Source: Lama glama (lineage: Eukaryota). From it: a stretch of 64,000 bases of DNA. The notes below the pieces were generated by a model. That model saw only the letters and a program-made list of their open reading frames with translations, made no database searches and was not told the origin of the DNA. The number at the start of each line of letters is the position of its first letter. Within the stretch, counting starts at the first letter, position 1. The position numbers and the translations under genes are program-made. Positions 53,791-64,000 of the stretch are shown piece after piece. The DNA is taken from assembly GCA_028534125.1 (NCBI GenBank), contig CM052816.1, positions 100,566,001 to 100,630,000 on the forward strand, given 5' to 3'.

Positions 53791-56700
53791 TGAGTCACAG
53801 CAGGCGACCCCTAAGTGGGACGCTGCGGCCTGGCATCACGGCGTCTCAGACGTGCGGGTCGCAGTCCGTCCTCCGAGGGGAGCGGGCTCCGGGAGGCTGC
53901 GCTGCGCTTTGACACGGCTCCCTGGACACGTCACGTCTCCTCAGTCTCCGGTCATCTGGAAGCTGTAAAAATCAAAGTAAAATCATCGGAATCTGATTTT
54001 TCAGTCAAACAACCTGAGCCAGGGGAACATTTCACCCTCCTCAGGTGGGCTGCGTGCCGAAGCACACCAAACTCACCAGCAAAAATGAAGGCATCTCAGT
54101 CAAACCTGCGTGTTGGGACTGTGGGAACTTTGTAAATGAGGAGAGTCAGGGACACCCAGCAGAGGTGAGGGCAGCGCTCTGTTGGAGCCTTTGTGAGGAA
54201 GTACCTGCCCCCAGGTGGACTTATCGGAGAGTTTCTGTTGCGGGTGCGTAATTCCCCAAGACCCCTTCTGGGCACTTTCTGCCCAAGGCTTTGTCCTTTG
54301 GGACAGTACGATGCCAACAGTTGTCAACAGACGCAACTCCCGACCCTTCCTGTCTGCTGTCAGGGAGCAGAAATCACACCTCGCTGAGTTAATTTAGATT
54401 GCCATTTGTTTGTTCAGCGTTTTTAAAGATTTTCAAAGAAGATTTTCCACTCAGCAGAATGAAACAGAGCTGGCTGTCGGCTGCTGGATTTGGACAAAGA
54501 GAAGCTTTGGCTGATGCAGGTGCATAGGAAAGGTGTGCTTTTGCTCCTGGAAAAATAAATTCTGGTTTCTCCCAGAAGCTATTTCCAGGGACTGAAAATA
54601 GTTGCAGGGGCCACACGGAACTGTGATCCAGAGATAAAAATCTTCTCGGCGAAAGGTTTGATAAATGTCTGTTTCTGTTTATTGTGCAACTTTATTGTGC
54701 CAAGTTCATCTCCACACGAAGATGGAATGTCTCTTTGAACATGTTCAAAGACATTCTTTCCATTTTCTGAAGCTGTTTATGGAAAGATCCCATTAATGTG
54801 TTTTTATGGGAGTGGCATTTTACCAGGGGCTTTATGTTAAAAATTTCAAACATGTATGAGAAATTAAAAAAAACAGATTATCTGAGAGTATGTTACTTAT
54901 TCCATGACGTAGAACTGTCCAAGGACTGAAGTTCATAGTGAAGAAAAAGTATAGTGTGATCCAGAGGGTTAGGGACAGAAATGCGAAGGGCTTCTGTGAT
55001 TTTTAACACCTTCTGGGTTAGGCGTTCCTGACTGTCACAGGATGGCTGCCACTGATGCAAGCAGTGCTTATTCTTACCTGCAATTTTAGTTAAAGATTCT
55101 GTGGCTGTTCTTTCCCTTCAGACAGTGATGACAAGTCTGTGCTAGCAAAGTATGTGATTTCACCAGATTCCAATCTTTCTCATTAATTGAATTACCACCA
55201 GAGTAAAAGTAATGTTGCAAAAATATGTTGTGTGGGTGGCGTTCCCTTTGGCAAAGTAACCGGCACAAAGGATGAAACCATGATCAAGGAAGAAAGATGC
55301 ATTTCACTGACAACTAGAACAGAACACTGCATTGTTTAGTAGAAGGAGGACGAAAATCCTACGCGGCTGGACCTCTCTGCAGGTATGTTTATGCTCACAG
55401 GGTCTGACTTTCCCCGGAGTAATTAGACTGTGAAAACAGCCGATCTGGGGGCGTGTTCTCCTGGTCTCATCTCCTTTGACCTCAGAGGCCCTGCCAGACC
55501 ACCTGGGTCCCCCTGACAGAGCCCCCACCGCTTCTCCCCCAGGTCCTGAGCCCACACCTACCACGTCTCATTTCAAAGCCACATTTTCCAAAGAAGAACA
55601 AACTTCACATGAAAACATACAAACCACTTACCTACCAACAGGTTTCTTTGCTTGTTTCTTGTTAACATGAGCCCATTGTTGGCAAGAGAGCATTTGTTTA
55701 TTTTCTATTTGGGGCATTTGTTTATTTATTCAGTTGGTTATAGGACACGTTCCAGATGCAACTGAAAGATCTTTTGAAAGTCTTTTATTTATTTCTTTGT
55801 AGATGCTAAACAAGGCGCTCAGCAGGCTTGGGATGTATCTCATGTGTATTTGGGGAAACAAGTTTCAGTGGATGGTGACGACATATGCTGCTCCGGCCCC
55901 CAGGCCCGAGCTGCTGTTTTTACCTCCAATACTGCGCTTACTCCCCGCCACAGCTCTCCCAGGTGTGGGCTCCTGTAACTGGCTATTTTGTGGGGGGAGG
56001 AAATAGAAGCTCCCGGAGGCTGGGTGATTCTTCCAGGGTCCCATAAACCAGGGAGAAGTAAAACCCAGATCTTGGTGTGGTCCAGGGCTGTTGCCCCAAC
56101 TGCTAGCCCAGCTGGACTCAGCCTGGCTCCACTGACTTGTTGGTCAGGATGGCTGGCCTCAGCATTGCAGGACATTTGGTGGCTGCTACCCACCAGATGC
56201 AGAAGCATTCACCGGTCTGACACCAAAAGCATCTCCAGTGCCAGGCGTCCCCTGGTTGAGAACTGGTGCCTTCCTCCCTCCCCTTATTCACTGACTCTGT
56301 CTTTCTCCCAGCCCTGAGCTCCAGCCCCCTGACCAGATAGTGTCGTGGGTGTGGCCCTTTGCCTGTCCCTGTCCTGCAGTGCTGTGATGTCCTTAACCCC
56401 TGGCTGTCCAGGAGCTGTGCCCACCACAGCCCCCGCCACATGTGGGGAGGACGCACACCAGCGTCACCCGCTCAGGCAGAGCTCAGGCTGTCTGGTGATC
56501 CCAGCTCACTGTGCTCCATGGACAAGTGGAACTGGGAAAATGTGGACCCCAAATCTCCCCAGAAATACAACAGATCCAGGACGGCTAGTGGCCTGCCACG
56601 AGATGGGGCCCAGGAGCGGCTCTGGGAAGGCCACTCCCGGGTCCACGAGAGCGGGCGAGAGCGGCCTCCCCTGCACAGCAGTGGTGAGCCCCACCCCCAC

Positions 56701-56997
56701 CCACGGCTCGGGCATGCCTCCTGCCCAGTTCCCCTCGGACAGCTGTAGGAGCCTGGCCTCCTGGGCTCTTCATGAAGCTTCCACGGAAAAGACCAGGAAC
56801 CAAGGGTCTTCACTCAGGTGCACAGAGCTTTGGGATTCCTACAGCATCCCCTACCCCAGCAAAACACTCATAGACCACGGCTGCCAAGAATGTCTGAGGT
56901 GGAGAAGCAGCAGGAGGTGAAGGGCATTCATACGTGGGCCAGAGGCACGGGCCACAGGCCTGGCCACAGAGGAGGGAAGAGCAGCCGGAGGGACATG

Positions 56998-57205
56998 GTG
57001 GGGCGGGGGCGGGGCCAGGTCTGTGGGCGGGGCCAGGCCTGTGGGTGGGGCGGGGCCAGGTCTGGGGGCGGGGCCAGGCCTGTGGGTGGGGTGGGTGGGT
57101 CTGGGGGCGGGGCAGGGTGGGGCCATGTCTGTGGGCAGGGCCAGGTCTGTGGGCGGGGTGGGGCGGGGCCAGGCCTGTGGGTGTGGCTAGGGCTGGGCTG
57201 GGTTG
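56998..57205. repeat. G-rich degenerate minisatellite (gggcggggccagg[t/c]ctgt)
   Basis: Repeated GC boxes and more than 15 G3+ runs on the + strand. Confidence 0.9.
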
Positions 57206-57353
57206 GCGCCTGGTTGGAGGGGGGTGAACCGGAGGACAGGGGGTGGGGATCACGCAGTTTGCAAAGGAGCCTGTCACCGCAGGAGGCAAGGACAGTTGTC
57301 AAGGCTCTCAATTATAATAAAAGAAAACAAAACAATTGTGTTATTCACATTTT

Positions 57354-57530
57354 TTTGGTTGTATTTTTTCTATTTTTTTATTGAAGTGTAGTTGATTTAG
57401 TTTTCCATGCACAGCAAAGTGATTCAGTTATACATATGCATACATATATATATTTTTTTCTTTTCAGATTCTTTTCCATTATATGTTTTTACAGGACATT
57501 GACTATAATCCCCTGTGCTTTACAGGTTGC
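57354..57530 (-). mobile_element. Short 5'-truncated L1 3' end
   Basis: 'ttattgaagtgtagttgattt...gtgattcagttatacata...ccctgtgct'; TSD tcacatttt at 57345-57353 and 57531-57539. Confidence 0.85.
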
Positions 57531-59862
57531 TCACATTTTAATTGGAGAATTCACTTTTTCTCACTTTATTCCCACACGCCCTGTTGAGAGCCCCGCTATC
57601 GGCTTCAGTTTTGCATGCTCGTTCTGGTTCCTACCGGCCTCTCCATCGTTGCCCGGTTGTGGGTCAATTCATGCACCGTGACTGCGTCCAGGGCGGCGCC
57701 TCTCCTGAGCCGTTCCCGGCGGGGTCCCTGCTGGCGGGAGTTAAGTGGCCCCTCGTGGTCCCGCAGGGCGGCCTGAGCTGGGACCCTGGCCACGCTCTTC
57801 CCGCGGACTTCCAGGTCAGCGTACCCACCTGAATCAATTATTTTTAAAACATACATTTCCATTTAGTGATTCCTGCTGGGTCTAATTCACTTGCTGTTTA
57901 ATGTCGCTTAAAAACATCCAGGGACTAAAACGCCCGCAGAGTACCGAATTTAAAAGTATATTTTAAAGATAAAGATGGGCCTTTAGTATTTGACAGGATT
58001 TCAAATCCCTGGACCAAGAGCGTCAGCTTCGGTTTAAAAGAAGCCCTCTGACATCTGCCTTTGAAAAGGAAAAGGAGGCAGCCTGGGCCTCCGTGAAGCA
58101 GAGGTCCCCCTTTTTCAAATTACAGTTTTCAAGTCTGATGCAGCCGGAGAGCCACCAGCCACTCAGGTAGCATCAGCATTTTGTCGGAGAGCGCATTCAA
58201 GGGGGAAGTTAGCGACAGCAGAGGTGGCTCGCCGTGGAGCCCCACCCGGGAGGCCTTGCCGAGGTTAAAGGCAGTCAGGCACTCAGCTTTGCTTCAGGTG
58301 TGACTCGAAACTCCTCTCACAAGCTGCATGAAAGTCTTGCCTGGAAAGCCAGGATCAGAAACCCTTACGGAGGAAATGAGAAACTTACTCATACTGACGC
58401 CGCATCCTCAACGTGCAGGGAGATGGGTTTCTTTTCCACAGGCCCTCCTGTCTTTTCATCTTAAATATCACAACATTGTTTTAACTCAGAGGCCGAAGCA
58501 GCAGCAGGAATGATGGTGACCCCACACCAGCATGCCCTCCGGTGGAAAAGAGGAAAAAGTTCATTCTCGATGATTCAGAAAGACGTTTAAAGGGGCATCT
58601 CAGCCTTTTGAATCTAAACGCAAAGTGTGGACTCTTGGAAGTCGTGTGGCCACATTCTGACCCAGGGCCTTTGGGAGAACCTCGCCACATCCCAGCGGGA
58701 GGACTGAGGTGTGGGGGGGGTGGGGAGTCTCCTGCTGAGCTGAGTCCCTGGAAAGTTCCTTCGGGACTGAATGCAAGACAGGTTTGCCTGGGGCTGAGTG
58801 GGCAGGGCCTCATTGCACGAGTGGATTCCGAAGGACCAGAGCCCTCCCTGCCCAAAGGTCCCTCCTGCTGGTCTGGACAAAGGTCTCATCTGTCCCCGCA
58901 GCCACACTGGTCCTGTCGTGACCCTCAGATTCCCACACAGGTGATGGGCTCAGCTGCTTTCCGGAAGCTGGGGGCTGGTCAGGGGCTTTGAGGTGGGCAG
59001 GCGCGGGAGGGGAGGACAGGGGAGCTAGGGCTGAAGGAGGCACCTGGTGCCGTGGCCCTCAGGCTCCGCGAGGGCCTCCCGACCCATTGCGAGCTGCCTT
59101 AGAGCCCATGGGGCCGCTCCTAGTCGGCTAGCGGGCCCTTCTGTCCCCTCGTCCCCATTCTCTGCAGGTGTGAGCTGCTCACAGGTGGGGAGCAGGACGG
59201 GCTGGGGCCTGGCCCGCTCACAGCCACCGCGTTCCAAGACGCGTCTGGCCCAGTGGGAACTCCTGTCTATAAGAGAACAGATTCATCCCTGGTTGTCTTG
59301 GGGGACTGGGGAGAAAGAGGGGTTTCCGTATTAGGATCTGTCAGTGCACATCCCTGGGACAGAATCATAATAAGAACAGCAAGTTTAACAGCGTTTACAG
59401 CTGCCTGGCCTTGTGTGAACCGGCCCCGCTTCTCCCAGGTGCTGAGTGAGTTCACTGGTGTGAACAGCACGTGCATCTCCTGACGCTGAGCTGCTTGGCA
59501 CTGGCTGTATTTGCAAACGTTTGACTCTCCATAAAGTGGAAATATTAAGCCCAGGCCATTGCTAGAGAGTTCTGGGTCTGCAGGATGGAATTAGAATGTG
59601 AGGGGTGCTGTTTCTCCAGCTCCGGGAGGTCTGGCTGCACTACACGCACCTCCACGGTCCACTGTGTAAGTGAGATGCAATCGGGGCAGGGACTTGGAGG
59701 AGATGAAAGCATCCGGACAGCGCCCGGGTCAGCCCCAGGCAAGATGTGTGCACTTGGCCAAGGGTCAGTTAACGTCTCTGCTGGGGAAGGCAGAGCCACA
59801 CAGTCACACGGGAGAAACTTATTTCTGCTTCTGTTATGAAGGTTAATGTTTGCATACAGATC

Positions 59863-60362
59863 NNNNNNNNNNNNNNNNNNNNNNNNNNNNNNNNNNNNNN
59901 NNNNNNNNNNNNNNNNNNNNNNNNNNNNNNNNNNNNNNNNNNNNNNNNNNNNNNNNNNNNNNNNNNNNNNNNNNNNNNNNNNNNNNNNNNNNNNNNNNNN
60001 NNNNNNNNNNNNNNNNNNNNNNNNNNNNNNNNNNNNNNNNNNNNNNNNNNNNNNNNNNNNNNNNNNNNNNNNNNNNNNNNNNNNNNNNNNNNNNNNNNNN
60101 NNNNNNNNNNNNNNNNNNNNNNNNNNNNNNNNNNNNNNNNNNNNNNNNNNNNNNNNNNNNNNNNNNNNNNNNNNNNNNNNNNNNNNNNNNNNNNNNNNNN
60201 NNNNNNNNNNNNNNNNNNNNNNNNNNNNNNNNNNNNNNNNNNNNNNNNNNNNNNNNNNNNNNNNNNNNNNNNNNNNNNNNNNNNNNNNNNNNNNNNNNNN
60301 NNNNNNNNNNNNNNNNNNNNNNNNNNNNNNNNNNNNNNNNNNNNNNNNNNNNNNNNNNNNNN
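59863..60362. other. Assembly gap (500 N)
   Basis: Run of 500 n. Confidence 1.
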
Positions 60363-63300
60363 GGCTGGCGTGTTTCACAGCGGCAGTGAGAGCAGCTCCT
60401 GGCAGACGCTGGACTTTTAACTGCAGAACTGGAGGCACCAGGGCAGCGAGCCTGGCCCCCGGGGGCAGCGACCCCGCACCGGATGCCCTGCGCTGCGAGC
60501 TGGCAACACCCCTGACCCCGCGCAGCTGTGCGAGCGAACCGCACACTTCTTGGAAGACTTTGCCAGCATTACTCAAAACAGGCAGCTGGGCTTGTCTTTT
60601 TTTATCACTTCCAGGTGCATTTGAGGGAGAGGAGAGTTCTAATGGATCTAGATTGGCTGTGTGATCCAAACCCTGAACGTTATAACCACGTATTTCAAAG
60701 AGATGTTGCTTTGGAGACTCGAAGGAAGAGAAAATGTCCCCCGCTCGCGCCTCCAGAGCTGCATCGCCGTCCAGTGCAGTTACAACAACTGCCTGGGCCC
60801 CACTTTCTCCCACGTGCTCTTTTCTCAGATGCTCTTTTCAGATTCCAAACTCCAGGAGGAGATGGCCCTTCCACCGGCCGGGGGAACTTGGGGAACCTGC
60901 TAAAGTGTGCCAAGGACTCAAGGTCCCGTCGAAGACCCTGAGGTGGGAGGTCAGCATCACCCCCAGACCCCGGGGGTCCCCAGCACTGTGGGCGTCCCAG
61001 AGCACAGACGCGCTGGGATGGCAGTGACGCACTGCCACCCGTGCAGACGGGGACACCAGGCAACCCTGTTTCAGAGAGAACTCTGTATCCTAACCAGGTT
61101 TTACAAGGTTGGAATTTGCTAGGAAATTCACTTCCCGTGAAAATGTTTGCCAGCTTAGGCCCATCAAAGTGAAAATGTGATTCAGGGTTTGTTTTATTTC
61201 CTATTTTCCTTTTTTGAGTAGGATTAATTTAGTCCATAAAGATTGGACCTGGGGCAAGGTACATTTCATTCACCACTCAGAGCTGCACGTTTCAGCCTGA
61301 GTTCTCAGGGGTGAGACCGTGGGGACCGAAGGCTGAGTGGGGGGACCCAGGAAGCAGCCGCTTGTCCTGTAACAAGTGGGGCATCCTCGTGATGCCCACG
61401 CCCACGCGCCACCTCGGGGCCGTCCCGAGTGCCTCACCCCACGGAGCCACCTCCGGTGGTCAGCACCTCCTCCTCAAAGCGCTTTCAAAGGCTCCTGATC
61501 ATTGAAGGTACATATAATCCGTCCTCGAAAGCCCTCTCCCTGCGCTCTGTTTACTGAGTACGTTTCCCACAACTGGATGTTGCGAATGCAGGCCCCTTAG
61601 GGTGTTCTGGTCGCTCAGGTCCCAGCGCATCACACCGACACGATGTCCTGACCTGGGGCATCTGGCTCCCCAGCTGGTCCAGACTCAGAGGCACATGCGT
61701 TTGCACAGGATCACATCCTGTCTTCACAAGCGTCCAGGTGACTGCGTGCAGGACGCTCCCCGCCCACCCCTGCCTGCGCCCTTCTGTGTCCCACGTGGGT
61801 GCAGGGACTGTTAAAGAGCAAGGACTTCGGTTCTCGCCCTGTGATTGTCTGGGAGCACATGACTGTCCAGACACACAGGAGACTGGGGCACTGCTCAGGC
61901 CAGCCCCCTGCCCCTGTCACTGGTCCCTCCCCAACTCAGGGCGCCTGTCTCTTTCCATCAGACAAGATCTCGGCCACCAGGAGCAGGCGATTGTGCTATT
62001 GGAGCAGCGGGGTGGCTCTCAGGGTTTCGCAGGCAGTGGCTGAGATGCCAGACTCAGACTCTACTGCAAGGACACCTGATCATTGCCTGGGGACGACGCG
62101 GGGACAGCAGCTGGGGCACGGCCCGGGGGGAGGGGGCAACCTGGACATGGGTCAGAGGGCCCAGGTCCGCCTCCCATCTCCCACCAACACGTCCTCAGAG
62201 GGCATTGTTGGGAGCTGTTCTAGTAACTGCCTTTTCCCGAAATAGACAACCATCCTCCACTTACCATGAAGACATAAATCCAGAATCCAGGCGTCATCAC
62301 GGTCTGTGTCTCCCGTGCACACCTTCCTGGATAGTCAAGGTTCTTCCTGACATGCCAGGATCCTTGGTGGAACTTCGCGTCTGCATCCAGGTCTGGCTGA
62401 AAATGGAAGCTGACACGCACGACAAGCCTGGCTCGGTCCCTCTCGGTCACGGGTCGATGGCACTTTGCACCTGGCCTGTTCTGTAGCTCTCGGGGTCCTC
62501 ACTCTTCTTGACACACACTCTGTTTACTTTTTTTGAAATCACAGAATGCTGACACACCAGCAATAGGATGATCAATTTTAATTTGTTCTATAGATCAATG
62601 CTTTGGTCAATACTGTAAACGAAGCCTGCATTTTCCTGTGCTGAGCGGGGGGCATCACGTCCAAGGGAGGGAGAGCATCTCTCCACGGTAGCGAGGAGGC
62701 CAGGATGCCGCCTGGGGTCAGAAAAGCTGTGCTTCAGAGCCCACGGGACCAGCTGCCCAGCCAGCTGGCCGTTTCCTGGGAGCACATGGGACACCGGGAT
62801 CTCGGGCTCCCAGGACTGTCAGAGCCTCTGAGAGCAGGACCCCCTGCTTCCGGGAACCACCGTGGACCCTGCAGCTGGCAGCCTGGCGGGAACCGTGGAG
62901 GGCAGCATGGCCCTCGGGACTTTCTACATAGAAGGTAAAAAGCAGGAGCCGGACGTGGCCCCTCTGTCCCTACTCCAGCCTCCCCAGCGCTTTTGCTGCC
63001 TGGGCCCTGTCGGGCCGAGGGGAGAAGAGCGGTTCCCCGGGTGTCTGTAACTCTAGGCCCCACGATCGGGGGGCAGCAGGCTTTCGGGAGCACGGTCAGA
63101 TGTATGAGTATTGGCACAGCAGTGTAAGGGATCTACAGCGTGACTGCTGAGGCCCCAAGAGGAACGAAAGATGGGCGCACCACCGCCTGCCGTGGGAAGA
63201 CGTGTTCCACCGTGATCATGACTTCCCCCGGACAGAGCAACGCATCTTACAAGTGTAACTCCAGAAGGAAGTTTTAAATCTGGCTGCTTCAGGGCTTTGC

Positions 63301-64000
63301 CAAAAGCAAGGGCATTTGGAGAATGGTGCTGACAGTAATGCTGTCCGCGTTTCCAGGAGACCAGGTCATCCACGAGTCCAGCTCAGCGTGAGCGCTGGAA
63401 GGGCCCGTCCTGACAGTATTTACATATGTGGGGGGGGGTTGGGTGTGACGCGCATGTGTGTACATGGGTGTGATGTGTGTGCATGTGTGTTCTTTCCAGC
63501 CATCATAAACTTGCTACTCGGGTTCAAAATCGTGTCCAGAATAAGCAGGCGCTGACCTCTGGAGAGCCCGCCAGGTCTGCACGCGTGTCTTCCGTCCACC
63601 CGCTAAGGTGTCAGGTGAGAGGTGTGATGCAGTCTCCACCCGAGGCAGCCGCACCCTCTTGTCTGGACCCCGCGCTGCGGTCTCACTGTCTCCATCCCTG
63701 GGGGAGGGGGAGGGGCCCGCCCAGAGGAGACCCGCGGTGGCCCTCGCAGTCCAGCCCAGAGATAGACGAGTGAGCCCCGCTGTGCACAGCTCAGCCTTCC
63801 ATCCAATGCCACCTGCTGTTTCATTTCTTATCTGAACCTCTTATCATCATAAAAAAGAGATTTTATTTCACTGCATTTCTCGTCCATCCAATATTGAGAT
63901 GGCGAGTTAGTCTCTTGTCCCCACTTGTGAGTGAGAAAGTGTCTATTTCTGGAAAAGCACTTTGTTGACTCTGGGGAGAAGCTCACTCAAGGGTGTCGAC

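Noticed and set aside
59545..60813. 422-aa and other ORFs crossing the gap, including a cadherin-like 'VVVTALDGD'
   Set aside because: Length is inflated by 500 N; no other cadherin motifs and no suitable minus-strand acceptor
1..64000. Assignment of the window to a specific human-orthologous locus or gene symbol
   Set aside because: No exon or peptide I recognise; needs BLAST or liftover

Overview
Mammalian genomic DNA, very probably camelid (alpaca/camel-type): it carries two tRNA-derived Vic-1-like SINEs and young cetartiodactyl-type L1 3' ends. It is GC-rich, subtelomere-like sequence (about 1-18 kb, 30-38 kb and 49-64 kb) interrupted by AT-rich, L1-dense blocks (about 18.7-29.6 kb and 38-48 kb). 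I could not recognise any protein-coding gene. The ORF track is explained by GC-rich chance ORFs, repeats, decayed L1 ORF2 and N-gaps. Supported features are many L1 fossils (nearly all on the minus strand), MLT1 LTRs, MER33/MER20/Tigger2-type DNA transposon relics, MIR/L2, minisatellites, one clear CpG island (33.75-34.55 kb) and two assembly gaps. The most notable structure is four 5'-inverted (twin-primed) young L1 insertions within about 18 kb, three with inversion junctions in the same ~40 nt of the ORF2 C-terminus. Also notable are apparent AT-to-GC conversion scars in L1 copies, a minisatellite made of consensus splice donors/E-boxes, and several candidate enhancers and unannotated exons. 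I see no convincing novel biological system. Repeat family names come from recalled consensus sequences, not from a search.
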